A stretch of DNA of 64,000 nucleotides, from sequence record NC_048821.1. The stretch is one strand, 5' to 3'. The position numbers were made by a program, and so were the translations under genes. Below are positions 26,353 to 36,740 of this stretch, piece after piece (the first letter of the stretch is position 1; the number at the start of each line of letters is the position of its first letter). Below the pieces are notes generated by a model. It saw only the letters and a program-made list of their open reading frames with translations, searched no databases and was not told where the DNA came from.

Positions 26353-28494
26353 ATGAGTTACATTATCCACCCTTGGAACCCCTTTGGGGACAACGAAAAG
26401 AGTGTGGTATATAACGAATCGATCAGTGCGTTAGGTGAAGAGCGGAGTCTATTAGTCCCTCGTTACGGCCCGTTCTTTGAGAAGGATTTAATTCTCAAAG
26501 ATGCGCAAACGGGTGTCGAACTAAAGCCGGGTCGAGATTTCGTTTTCAGCTACCCATTCGATGATTTCATTAAGTACTACAGTCGTACGATTTACGGTGG
26601 CATCACTCTGTTAGAGAGTGGTCGCAACCGCCAGCTGGTATTAGAACAATACAAAACAATCGGTGAACCGTTCACTCAGAACGACCAAGACTTTATTCGT
26701 CTTTGTTCTACGATTATTCACTCCGAACGCATTGCGGACTGGAGTCAGGTAGTTAACCTACCTATGGAGGGGTTCCCTTCCGATCCCCACGAACATGAAC
26801 CGGACTTGACTTATAACTATCATAAATTCATCGAAGTGATGAAGGCGATAGACCAAGGTCAACGTACCGAGTTCAACAACCCGACGGTCGCTTCCCAATT
26901 AGTGGAACACGTCACCCAAGCCTTTAAACTCGCTCACCCTAATGCGACTGCCGATGATTTTAATCTCGGTAACGTAGAAGACTTTGGTGTTGCAACTGAG
27001 GCCGATCTTCAGGGTAACTCAGATCAACTTTATTTGACCTTAGCTAAAGGTCGTAAATTGACTGAGATCATCTTGAAAGAGCTAGGCATCTACCCTGATG
27101 ACGAACCTACCGCTCCTGGTTCCGACGATGAGCTTGATAAACCACTTACCTTGCGAGAAGCCTTAAAACTATTTACAGGTAAAGACAGTGATTTAGCTGA
27201 GATCGACGGACGAGGTAAAATAGCTCGTCGTAATGCCCGCAATAACCTAGGGTTAGGGGATGCGGCAACCGCTACGATCGAACAAACTGTAGGTCAAGGT
27301 CTTAAAGCTCTGATGTCGCAAAAAGCGATAACCGATGCTTTAAACTTATTGGTACCTCAGACGCGTACCATTAATGGCATGCCGTTGACTAAAGACATTA
27401 CTATTGATGTTAATGACAATGACTCTTACTCTCGCGATGAAACCGATAACTTACTTAATAAGAAGTTTGATAAGTCATCAGTGTCTCAGAGTACGGGCTC
27501 CAGCACATCAGCAGTTATGTCGCAGAAAGCGACCACAGACGCTCTTAACGCCAAGGTTCCTAATACCCGTAAGGTGAATGGGAAGCCGTTAAGTTCTGAT
27601 GTTAGTCTGTCTCCTGGGGATGTCGGTGCGTACACCAAGACTCAAGTTAACGACTTGGTTAATGGTCGTGTACCGAATGGTCGAACCGTCAACGGTAAAC
27701 CGTTAAGTGCAAATATCTCTTTGAGTGCGGGTGATGTCGGTGCTTACACTAAGTCTGAAGTTAACAGTAAGTTAGGTGGGAAGTTTGATAAGTCAAATAT
27801 CACCAATTATTCAGGTTCTAGCGAAGTTCACGTTATTTCGCAAAAAGGTGTGACTAACTACCTTAACGGTAAAGTCCCTACCAGTCGTACCATTAACGGC
27901 AAACCTTTGACTTCCAACATCAGTTTATCGGCATCTAACGTTGGTGCTTACACCAAATCTGAAACTGACTCCCGTTTAAATAACAAGTTCGACAAAGCCT
28001 ACATCTCTCAAGGTACGGGTAATAACTCGCTTTATGTGATGTCCCAAAAAGCAGTGACGGATAACCTTAATAAAAAGGTGCCAACTACTCGTACTGTTAA
28101 CGGTAAGGCGTTGAGTTCTAACATAACCTTAAACGCTACTGACATCGGATTAAGTCGTGTTGAAAACAAACGTTGGGTCAAGGTGAAGGATGCATCGGTG
28201 AGTTTCAACCTACGTAATGGTTACCGTGTTTACACGGGTGAAGTCGATACCGGGTTACGTCTACCTTATGAAGACGGACGTCGTTTCGATAAAGGTCGCT
28301 TCCGTGTTATCCCAGAAACCTTAGGCAATATTACGTCCAGCAATGCTAACGCTTGTTGGTGGGGTGTTGACTATGAGGTGGTCCTGAAACAGTACTGGAA
28401 CAAAGGACATCAAATCTGGATCAAGTTCTACGGCTCGGGTGCGTATATCTCTTCCGGTAAGATCAGTAACTACGAGTTGTACGAATGGAAATAA
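26353..28494 (+). CDS. tail fibre protein with repeated shaft motifs
   Basis: phiKZ gp130/131-type N-terminus (LLVPRYGPFF; WSQVVNLP..FP..PHEH); repeated VNGKPLS/DVGAYTK and MSQKAxTD motifs; start reset to ATG 26353. Confidence 0.75.
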   Translation: MSYIIHPWNPFGDNEKSVVYNESISALGEERSLLVPRYGPFFEKDLILKDAQTGVELKPGRDFVFSYPFDDFIKYYSRTIYGGITLLESGRNRQLVLEQYKTIGEPFTQNDQDFIRLCSTIIHSERIADWSQVVNLPMEGFPSDPHEHEPDLTYNYHKFIEVMKAIDQGQRTEFNNPTVASQLVEHVTQAFKLAHPNATADDFNLGNVEDFGVATEADLQGNSDQLYLTLAKGRKLTEIILKELGIYPDDEPTAPGSDDELDKPLTLREALKLFTGKDSDLAEIDGRGKIARRNARNNLGLGDAATATIEQTVGQGLKALMSQKAITDALNLLVPQTRTINGMPLTKDITIDVNDNDSYSRDETDNLLNKKFDKSSVSQSTGSSTSAVMSQKATTDALNAKVPNTRKVNGKPLSSDVSLSPGDVGAYTKTQVNDLVNGRVPNGRTVNGKPLSANISLSAGDVGAYTKSEVNSKLGGKFDKSNITNYSGSSEVHVISQKGVTNYLNGKVPTSRTINGKPLTSNISLSASNVGAYTKSETDSRLNNKFDKAYISQGTGNNSLYVMSQKAVTDNLNKKVPTTRTVNGKALSSNITLNATDIGLSRVENKRWVKVKDASVSFNLRNGYRVYTGEVDTGLRLPYEDGRRFDKGRFRVIPETLGNITSSNANACWWGVDYEVVLKQYWNKGHQIWIKFYGSGAYISSGKISNYELYEWK
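27277..28149 (+). repeat. intragenic tail-fibre repeats (A-B-A-B-B-A-B-A-B)
   Basis: A = QxxGxxxxxxMSQKAxTDxLN (4 copies); B = VPxxRxVNGKPLSxxIxL (5 copies). Confidence 0.8.
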
Positions 28495-28506
28495 CACTTC
28501 CTTAAC

Positions 28507-28542
28507 TATAATCCAGGGGTCCTATCGGGCTCCTGGATTATA
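28507..28542 (+). terminator. stem-loop after the tail fibre gene
   Basis: TATAATCCAGGGGTCC-TATC-GGGCTCCTGGATTATA with G-U pairs. Confidence 0.65.
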
Positions 28543-28613
28543 TTACTGTGTGAAGAATTTTATGATTCATTAACTTCTAGGGTGAATGCCCGGAACTTAT
28601 TAAAGGACGGATT

Positions 28614-31600
28614 ATGAACCTCCCCGAGATTAAACAATATCGGTTCGATGTATCAGGTACAGCAAAAGAAAACCTAATACCTCGTGAACTGATCCCTGCA
28701 AGCGACGAACGTAATGCAAAGATCGTGGTCCCTAGACACGCACCTTTCTTTATTGAGTCGGTTCACGTCTATCGTGCAGGACACACTATTCCACTGACTT
28801 TAGGTGAACACTACGACTTCGTGAGCATTGATCATGACTTGTCAGAATACTGCGGTAATCGCGTATCCTGGGTCATTCGTAAATTAAAGAATGACTTACC
28901 TGATCTAGAAATCACCTATCAAACACTAGGTACTATCCCGGCATTAACAGAGACCACTAAATATTGGTACGAAGCTGCTGCGTTAGACCAACGACCAGTG
29001 TGGTTCGATCAATTACTGAATAAGCCAAAGCATTTCATTCCCATGTTACACGGTCATGACTTAGCTCAAGGTTTCTTCAACTTCCAACGATTAATCGAAA
29101 TCTACGAAGATCGTTACGAGACGTTATTTGGTGATCAAGCATTAATCCCTTATCGTGAATGGTTCTTAGGTCAACTTAATAACCTTAAAACCTACGTAGA
29201 GCCTTTCAGACTGTTTTTAGATCGTTACACCGACAATCACATCAATCACGACCAAGATCCTCACAGAACACGTTCTAGAGACATTCCTGGGTTGGATCAA
29301 ATTGATGAAGTGCAGACGGCTAGCAACGACGAAGCCCAATTAGGGTTAAGTAAACGACTACGAACAGTAAGTGCGCAAGCACATAATCACATCCAGCAAC
29401 AAGGTCCTGATCACGAAGGACATATTCCCAACATCTTTCTGAACGAAGACGGAACGCGTACCGCTAGTGTCATCGATAACAAAAAGATTTCCCCGGTCAC
29501 CGAACTGACTGTAGGAATTAAAGATTTGCTCGTTAATGCTTACGTTGATCGTAGCGGTGTCGGGCGAGGTGAGATCACACTAACGGGTTCTAATGGGAAT
29601 AAGGTGTTGAGTTTTACCAACCCTAACCCAGTCGGACAGTCTCGTAACCCAGAGCCAAACATTTGGTATTGTGATCAACAACCTACTGGTTATGACATCA
29701 TGATCGCTGGCGGCAATTCGGATGCTAGAGTCTTTTATAAAGACCGTTGGTACTTGGTTATCGATAATGCGGAGCTTACCGAATACGACCAACTCCCAAG
29801 TCAGCGTATAGCGATTTCAGGTGACATGTCCGACGTTCTGGCGAATCACCGTGATTATCGTTTGATTCATACCGAGGAAGCAGTACATTTAATTCGAACC
29901 ACAGATCATGCTTCCAAACCAACGGTGATATGGAAAACGATCAAGTACGATAAAGCGGCAGGTACCGCAGAACCTGTGACTGAATACACGTTTAAATACA
30001 ACACCATCAATGATGGTACTTCTTATAACGAGAAGGGACGTGTTATTATGTTCCACCGTGGCTTCAGTTCAGGTAAGTACTCTAACGGTGACCTGGTGTT
30101 CTCTGAACCAGTGGAATTAGTCAAACGTGACGCCCAAGTCTTGGTACTCCCTACGGTCTTTAAAGGCAAGCTTTATTTTGAGTTCTTACTCCCAGAGTCG
30201 TTCAGCTATAAAGGTGAAGAACGAAATTACGTTCACTCTCACATGGCCGAAGCCAACATGAACCATGTTAATAAGACTGTGTCTTTAACCTGGACTGACG
30301 CTCGAGCAAGACCGTATATTGTTACGGAGCGTTTGTTCTCGGCTAACCCGGAAGCAAACAACTACTTTGAACAAGTCGCTGTCCCATTCCCATTCGAACT
30401 AACAAGTCGTCGGGCTTCTTTAGTCGCTATGTCCCAAGAAGGATTCTTTGGATTTGGGTTTAAAACAGAAGGTCACGGTGAAATGTTTGTTGTTCGTTTT
30501 ACCCCGGGCGATTACACTTTAAATGAACTTGGTCGATTATGGCACCTGGCGGATACGGAAGAATGGGTGGTGACTCGAGCAGGTGGTTGCACTCCTAAAA
30601 CCTATAATCGAGTTGACGTGGGACATATCAGTCCTATGAACCCTTACATGGGTGTATGGGCGGAATCTAATGAACGTAACCGTTACGGGTTAGTTAAAGG
30701 CATACATTCTGAACACGGTATGGGTTTCTTTTATAAGAACCTTTACGGGGGAGTGAATGAAATCAAGATTGGTGGAACTAAAGTTCATACTAGTTTGCCA
30801 CTCGACAACATTGATTTTGTCAAACACTTAACTCCTGAACACTGGATTGGGACCTCCCTAGATGTGGAAGAACAAGAAAGTGAGTTCGTGTGGTCTGTGG
30901 GTGGGTCAGATTCCCCTTCCAGACTTATCCCTAACCGAGTTGGATTTGGTGGTAGTAGCTTTAATCCACTAAGCTACGTGGAAGTCACTGACGAGTTCTT
31001 GACCGCCATGGGGGTGGACCTTAACGGGCATTGGGTGCTGGTCCTAGGTGGACGTTACGGACTCCCTGATTTCATTTATAACACTTATGTGGAAAATGGT
31101 AGTCTGAAAACGAAAGTTCAAGTATTTCGTTTAAACTCTTCGGTACTGACAAGAGTGGATGGCGTGAAATCACGCATTCCAACTACTAAGTTAACCGCAG
31201 CTGATAAAGCCACCCTAAGTGGGGGACGTGTAGTGACCCACGACACACCCGCTCATTTGGATCTGACTAAAGTAGAGAACCCAGAGCCAACATTGGACAC
31301 TAACGTAATCAACGTGTTAATTAGTGACTCCGGTCGCACTACGGTTTTACTGTGTCCTAACAACCGATTTGGTAATGACTCCTACAGTCAAACGTTCCCC
31401 ACTGTATTAAACTTCAATCAAGCTGATGACAGCATTGTATTATTTGATGAAGATCAGTTCGAAGGATGCATCGGTCTCTCTCCCGACCTTGGTTGGGTTA
31501 GAACCAACTTTAGTGATCAAACTGATTTTGGTGGTCTGGTCAACGCCGGGGAACAATTAAACTCAGGTTACCAAGCTCGACCTTCTTATATCCCTAGCTA

Positions 31601-31874
31601 TAGTGGTTTAGTAGGTATGTTCAACATGGTGCCTGAAAATGAACACCAAGTTTACTTCCCTGTGCCTTTGTTGGTATTAGAAGGTAACACTCTGCATCGA
31701 CTTGATGCAACGGCGTTTAACACCAAGCATTTGATTACTCCTGGTTCCACTGCAAGCTACACACTCAATTTGGTCAACGGACTTACCGGGCCTTACTTTG
31801 ATGTGGATTCGCACCATGCACTGGACGAAGGTTGGTATATTGATGTCGAAGAAACCGGTGTGAAATTAAATTAA
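28614..31874 (+). CDS. large tail-fibre/baseplate-associated virion protein
   Basis: shares N-terminal IVVPRHAPFF and WFDQLLNKP..HGH motifs with 26353..28494. Confidence 0.65.
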   Translation: MNLPEIKQYRFDVSGTAKENLIPRELIPASDERNAKIVVPRHAPFFIESVHVYRAGHTIPLTLGEHYDFVSIDHDLSEYCGNRVSWVIRKLKNDLPDLEITYQTLGTIPALTETTKYWYEAAALDQRPVWFDQLLNKPKHFIPMLHGHDLAQGFFNFQRLIEIYEDRYETLFGDQALIPYREWFLGQLNNLKTYVEPFRLFLDRYTDNHINHDQDPHRTRSRDIPGLDQIDEVQTASNDEAQLGLSKRLRTVSAQAHNHIQQQGPDHEGHIPNIFLNEDGTRTASVIDNKKISPVTELTVGIKDLLVNAYVDRSGVGRGEITLTGSNGNKVLSFTNPNPVGQSRNPEPNIWYCDQQPTGYDIMIAGGNSDARVFYKDRWYLVIDNAELTEYDQLPSQRIAISGDMSDVLANHRDYRLIHTEEAVHLIRTTDHASKPTVIWKTIKYDKAAGTAEPVTEYTFKYNTINDGTSYNEKGRVIMFHRGFSSGKYSNGDLVFSEPVELVKRDAQVLVLPTVFKGKLYFEFLLPESFSYKGEERNYVHSHMAEANMNHVNKTVSLTWTDARARPYIVTERLFSANPEANNYFEQVAVPFPFELTSRRASLVAMSQEGFFGFGFKTEGHGEMFVVRFTPGDYTLNELGRLWHLADTEEWVVTRAGGCTPKTYNRVDVGHISPMNPYMGVWAESNERNRYGLVKGIHSEHGMGFFYKNLYGGVNEIKIGGTKVHTSLPLDNIDFVKHLTPEHWIGTSLDVEEQESEFVWSVGGSDSPSRLIPNRVGFGGSSFNPLSYVEVTDEFLTAMGVDLNGHWVLVLGGRYGLPDFIYNTYVENGSLKTKVQVFRLNSSVLTRVDGVKSRIPTTKLTAADKATLSGGRVVTHDTPAHLDLTKVENPEPTLDTNVINVLISDSGRTTVLLCPNNRFGNDSYSQTFPTVLNFNQADDSIVLFDEDQFEGCIGLSPDLGWVRTNFSDQTDFGGLVNAGEQLNSGYQARPSYIPSYSGLVGMFNMVPENEHQVYFPVPLLVLEGNTLHRLDATAFNTKHLITPGSTASYTLNLVNGLTGPYFDVDSHHALDEGWYIDVEETGVKLN

Positions 31875-31916
31875 ATTAAAGGGAGTAACCTCCCTTTACT
31901 TTCATAACGAGGACTT

Positions 31917-34133
31917 ATGGAAATTGTTAAGGTTTTACCCTTAGACTTACGTGCTGAGTTAGAGTCCAACTATTTGGATGAGACTCAGCCTGTAACCATT
32001 TTGTCAAGAGACTGGTATCGCCCAGATTACAGTCCCTTCTTTATCGATGACTTTGAGTTGTTTGACGGCGACGGAATGTTACTGAAGCGTAACAAGCATT
32101 ATACCTTGGAATCTATGAATTCGGAGTTAGTTAAAAAGACTGGACGACCAGTCTACCACTTTTTCCGTATTTTGGATACAACATTAAACTACAAAAAGTC
32201 TTACCGCATCAAATATCGTAGTGTGGGTAATACGGGCTTCCCGCGCTCACTAATCTCCAAGATGGTGAACGATTTGATCAACAGTGATTACTGGGTTGAT
32301 TGGGACACACAGGTGTTAGGTAAACCGCCTACATTCCCTGCATACCAACATTGGCACGATATCGAAACAGAAGTTGCGAACTGGGATCAGTTTACTCGCT
32401 TTGCCACTCAGCACTTGAACTACGTAATGGAAACTAAACGCGCGCATTACGATCGTGTCATGGCAATGATCAATAAAGTGGAGGGTTTGTTCAGCAAAGA
32501 ACACCGTGATTATCGTGCTCGATTAAAGGCCCACGATCAAGATTACAATAACCCACACAAGTTAAAGCGGGAACACTTTGAGTTAGATCATATACCTAAC
32601 TTACCGCTCTCGACTATTTCAGAAGACCACCAGGGTAATCGTAACAACCGCTTCACCACCCCTAAAGGTTTAATGTGTGCGGTCAACTATCAACAGCGGT
32701 TATCTCCGAACATGGTTCGGTCTGGTGAGATTAAACTGAACGCGTTCCATGAACTGGGTGGGTTAAGTACCCTGGCTCCGGGACGCACTTTCCAGACCGA
32801 CCAAATGACCAAAGCTTCTGTGGTCCGAGATCGTGATGGTGGGGTTAACTTATACGTTGGTGACGCTACGGGGCAAGTGAGTACCTCACTATACGGTAAA
32901 TCCGGGGAACTCACTTTAACCGGAAAGTACAATACGTTGAAGAACGACGTCCCTAAGTTTGATGTGGTTTTAAGAACCGCGGGTCAAGGAGTGGTGTTAA
33001 AACAATCTACCACTCAAATGGGTCGTTACTATCCCAACCCTAATGATTTCTTAGATCCAAATAACACCGATTATTGTCAGTTGGATTTTGAGGACCTAGA
33101 AGCCCAATTAGGTTCGGGGTGGGAAGAACGTTCTTGGTTTATCCCTACCCCAGAAGGGTTGATGGTCACCCACCGCACTACGGTAAACCCAGGTCGTCCT
33201 TTTACGTTTGAATTCCGTATGTTTGAAATGACTTATGGTGTGGGTCCCTTCCCGGTATTATCACCAAGTTATTTCACCTTTGATTACGACACGATAACTG
33301 GAGTTAGTTTGAAGGACGCTAATAAGTTATCTATGGTCGATATGGTGGAAGGAACGATAAGTGGCACTTACGATCGTTTTCATCATACCTTCACTGATCC
33401 TATCAAAGTATTTGATTTAAACGGCTACGGAATCTCATTGGTTTCAGACATTGACGTCAACGGTGGGAATAAAGTGATGATTAAACTTTTAACCACAGCG
33501 ACCTTAGATGGGAAACCATACCCGATTGAAACGGCTTGGGAGTTTGATTACACTAATCGAGTTTTCACTCGTTTGCTGTCTGGATCAAATAGTCGTTCAG
33601 TAGACAATTTGTCTGGAGACGTTGTTTTTGGCGAACCACTGGTTAAATTAACTAGAGGTAGCACCCAATACCCAACCCTGGGATTAGGTCATAAAGGTGA
33701 AGTGTTTAACTACTTTGGCGGGACTAAATACAACGTGGGTAAAATAGAGTTGGATAACTTAATTGAGTTCTACCGTACCTCTATTGAAAATCGATTAAAC
33801 GATAGCGTAACATCTAAGGAAGTTAACGTGGGGTTAATCGTTGATCCACAACCTGACAGCTTTAACTGGATGTTAGTGGTTCCTAATGACTGTTCTATTA
33901 TCTACCGCGGACGACCTATGACACTCAAGCGCGGGATGGTGGACGTCAGAACTAACCCTATGGTATCACCTGGGTTTGCTGGAACCATTACTGTTGGTGT
34001 TTACTCCACACCAAGTGGTTTACGTTTAACCGCAGACGCTAACAGTCACCCATTGAAAAACGTCTTTGCTATTGCTAGGGTGGAAATCGACTCTTCAGGT
34101 ATAGTAAAGGTTACCAAACTCACCGAGGTTTAA
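31917..34133 (+). CDS. tail-fibre/baseplate-associated virion protein
   Basis: RPDYSPFF, WDTQVLGKPPTFP..QHWH and HDQDYNNPH motifs shared with its paralogs. Confidence 0.65.
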   Translation: MEIVKVLPLDLRAELESNYLDETQPVTILSRDWYRPDYSPFFIDDFELFDGDGMLLKRNKHYTLESMNSELVKKTGRPVYHFFRILDTTLNYKKSYRIKYRSVGNTGFPRSLISKMVNDLINSDYWVDWDTQVLGKPPTFPAYQHWHDIETEVANWDQFTRFATQHLNYVMETKRAHYDRVMAMINKVEGLFSKEHRDYRARLKAHDQDYNNPHKLKREHFELDHIPNLPLSTISEDHQGNRNNRFTTPKGLMCAVNYQQRLSPNMVRSGEIKLNAFHELGGLSTLAPGRTFQTDQMTKASVVRDRDGGVNLYVGDATGQVSTSLYGKSGELTLTGKYNTLKNDVPKFDVVLRTAGQGVVLKQSTTQMGRYYPNPNDFLDPNNTDYCQLDFEDLEAQLGSGWEERSWFIPTPEGLMVTHRTTVNPGRPFTFEFRMFEMTYGVGPFPVLSPSYFTFDYDTITGVSLKDANKLSMVDMVEGTISGTYDRFHHTFTDPIKVFDLNGYGISLVSDIDVNGGNKVMIKLLTTATLDGKPYPIETAWEFDYTNRVFTRLLSGSNSRSVDNLSGDVVFGEPLVKLTRGSTQYPTLGLGHKGEVFNYFGGTKYNVGKIELDNLIEFYRTSIENRLNDSVTSKEVNVGLIVDPQPDSFNWMLVVPNDCSIIYRGRPMTLKRGMVDVRTNPMVSPGFAGTITVGVYSTPSGLRLTADANSHPLKNVFAIARVEIDSSGIVKVTKLTEV

Positions 34134-34134
34134 T

Positions 34135-36690
34135 ATGAAAGTAATAAGTGGAGGTATTCCTGGAGTACCGCAACACACGACTAAAGTTGGGGACGTTTAT
34201 GCACAACTGCATCGTATTGCCTTTGCTCGCGGTGAACAACTCAACGAAACCGAACGTCTAACCAAAGCTCTTGGTAACGAGATCACTGACACTCTTAATG
34301 TTAATTACGAGTCACTTAATCTTAAGTTATCCGAACATATGGCTAAAGAAGGTCCTCAACACGGTGAGGACTTAAAGACGTTAGGCTTAAGCATGGTCGG
34401 GGATTTCCCTCTAACCCACGCACAACATATCCTGGAAGGTGGGGTTTACAACGAGTATGTTACTCCCCGTGCGTTAAGTGATGCGTTACATCAAACTATC
34501 CACACACCTACACCAGAACTCATGTCTGTCGGACGTACTCATTTTTGTATGGTCGACTTGGCACCGGAGTTGAGCGGATGGACTCGTGCCACCGGAGAGA
34601 GTGGGGGAACACAACAGTGGGAACGAGGTGGGTCGATTTATCACTTAGATGGACATGCGTACGTAGGCTTCCCAATTCGTGGTAAGTCCACTTCTATGCT
34701 AGTAGACGAAACCCCGGGTGCTAAACAAATCCATGGGTTGCGTCAAGTCGGCGTACGATCTGGTGCTGGAACGGGTGATGTGTTAGGCTGGAACGCAATT
34801 GCTTTAAGGGAATATCGTGCCTCCCACCCCCTTACGTTCTTGGGAACAAACGGGTTTGCCTACGACGCTCTCTACGCCCCAATTGGGCATGATCTGTCTA
34901 ACACCCAACTTACTGCCAATCACGTGACCTGGCTTGACACAGACAACGTGAACAACCATTTTGGTGGAACCATCTCCGCTAATTCAAACGGAGTTCGTTT
35001 CGGTCTCATTCATTGTGAGAAAGCCGTCTCTGGTTTCCACAACGGGATTAACGGTGGTTCGTTCTTTGGTTGGGGTAGTAACGTTATTACTGATAGTTCT
35101 GTCTTCCAATACACTTTCGAAGGTCAGCAATCTACTGATTCGTTGATTGACATAGATTGGGAAACATTGACAGGTAAAACTGGAATTGTCTTCGATCATG
35201 AAAGTGAGGTTCATGGTGGGTTTGAGTGGATCGAGTACAATCGAGATTTGTTTATTTTCTTGAGTGCGAATTTAACGGATGCCGATGGAAATAAATACAC
35301 AGCGTTCTTTGGTTGGATTGCGAATGTAAGAGATCCGTCGTCAGTGACGATCACAAGACTACGTACCCCGTTTGATTGGAGCGACTCAGCTACCCCTCAA
35401 TTGAACGTCACGCATCCTTTCCACCCTTACCATGGATCGGGCGCAATGCGTCCCCGTGGTGGTCATGCTTCGGTTTACACTTACAACCTCAAATGCATGG
35501 TTCGAGATCATGTTCATGAAATCCGTAGTTTAAAGGAACTCTTTGATCGTTGTAAAGAAATTCCTTCTATCCCTGTTAGTACGAATTTAAAGTTACACTT
35601 CGGCACGTCTCCGTCTGTACTAGGAAGTAGTCAAGGTCGTTTCTTCCTCCAGAACGACCACACGCTGATCAACGGACAATTCAAGGCTAACGGTGAATGG
35701 GATTTCTATCGACAAGAATTCCAAGACGGAATGCTAGATGACGGTGGGTTTGGTGGACTCTCTTGGAACACTAGTACTTCTAGTCGACTGATTTCTGAAC
35801 TAGAGGACTTTAACCAAGAATGTGTTAACACCATTGCTGATGATGGAACGATCACCTTAACCGGAATGGTTTGGTCTACTGACAACCTGCACCGTGCCAG
35901 AGGAACTATTCGAGGTGTTGTTGGTAAAGGGATGTTATCTAAACCTGTACACTTAACCGACGAGTCGTTGACTGCTATTGAGAAAGAGCACCAATCTTAC
36001 TTAATAGCTAACGATCACGATGCATATGCGTGTGTCATGGTTTATCCTGTTGGGGACTTATACGAAGGCTTAGGTATGCGTTGTGATTCACAAGGCAATG
36101 TGGAAGTGGTTAAGTATGACGTAGCTAAGTCCGGGGAACGTTTCCAAGTTACTCGAAAAGGGGATTACCAAAACGTCTACCAAAGTGAAGGTCCTGTAAC
36201 AGGCGCGCCTGATAACTTACGTCGTTTCCTCAAGCGCGACTTTTTCGTCTACCTGGTGAATGGTGAAACACCTAAGGTCACTATCAAGCATCCTTTGATG
36301 GATCGAACTCTGATTCTGAGATTGGATATTGGTGAAACCATTACCGTGGAAGAGACCTTGGCACCGGAACCTAATGAAGTCGGACTCACGTTGTTCTACT
36401 TCCCATTCCCAACTATTCATGGTGTCTTCATGCCGGTATTAGGTGGTCTAGATGGTTTCTATCGTTTAGGCGATAAGAGTATGACTGGTGGTAATGTTGT
36501 TTACAGTGACGACGTTTACGCGAACGACAGTGACCGTGTCGTTATCAAAGGACGTCCTTACTCTATCCCACCTGGTTTCAAGTGGCTAGATCCGTACGGT
36601 AAAGAAATCAGTTTCAACATAAAAGACGGGGAACTCAACCCAGAGACCTCGGATAATGTGATTGATTCTAATTTGTCTTACCCGAATTAA
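34135..36690 (+). CDS. tail-associated virion protein
   Basis: HMAKEGPQHGEDLKTLGLSMVGDFP matches the H..xxPH...GL..V.xxP motif of the three upstream paralogs. Confidence 0.55.
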   Translation: MKVISGGIPGVPQHTTKVGDVYAQLHRIAFARGEQLNETERLTKALGNEITDTLNVNYESLNLKLSEHMAKEGPQHGEDLKTLGLSMVGDFPLTHAQHILEGGVYNEYVTPRALSDALHQTIHTPTPELMSVGRTHFCMVDLAPELSGWTRATGESGGTQQWERGGSIYHLDGHAYVGFPIRGKSTSMLVDETPGAKQIHGLRQVGVRSGAGTGDVLGWNAIALREYRASHPLTFLGTNGFAYDALYAPIGHDLSNTQLTANHVTWLDTDNVNNHFGGTISANSNGVRFGLIHCEKAVSGFHNGINGGSFFGWGSNVITDSSVFQYTFEGQQSTDSLIDIDWETLTGKTGIVFDHESEVHGGFEWIEYNRDLFIFLSANLTDADGNKYTAFFGWIANVRDPSSVTITRLRTPFDWSDSATPQLNVTHPFHPYHGSGAMRPRGGHASVYTYNLKCMVRDHVHEIRSLKELFDRCKEIPSIPVSTNLKLHFGTSPSVLGSSQGRFFLQNDHTLINGQFKANGEWDFYRQEFQDGMLDDGGFGGLSWNTSTSSRLISELEDFNQECVNTIADDGTITLTGMVWSTDNLHRARGTIRGVVGKGMLSKPVHLTDESLTAIEKEHQSYLIANDHDAYACVMVYPVGDLYEGLGMRCDSQGNVEVVKYDVAKSGERFQVTRKGDYQNVYQSEGPVTGAPDNLRRFLKRDFFVYLVNGETPKVTIKHPLMDRTLILRLDIGETITVEETLAPEPNEVGLTLFYFPFPTIHGVFMPVLGGLDGFYRLGDKSMTGGNVVYSDDVYANDSDRVVIKGRPYSIPPGFKWLDPYGKEISFNIKDGELNPETSDNVIDSNLSYPN

Positions 36691-36697
36691 TAAGTGT

Positions 36698-36734
36698 TAT
36701 AACTCCTACTCCCTTGCCGGGAGTAGGAGTTATA
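36698..36734. terminator. bidirectional hairpin terminator (conserved family)
   Basis: TATAACTCCTACTCCC-TTGCC-GGGAGTAGGAGTTATA, 16-bp perfect stem between convergent genes. Confidence 0.8.
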
Positions 36735-36740
36735 TTTAGT

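Noticed and set aside
26353-28494. Diversity-generating retroelement acting on the tail-fibre tip
   Set aside because: No reverse transcriptase, and no template/variable repeat pair differing at adenines seen in the window.
28539-28546. TATATTAC as an early promoter
   Set aside because: It arises from the right arm of a hairpin, lacks the RRGTGT extension, and precedes late structural genes.
7259-36734. Hairpin family as a CRISPR array or IS ends
   Set aside because: Copies are kilobases apart with no spacer periodicity, no cas or transposase gene, and no target-site duplications seen.
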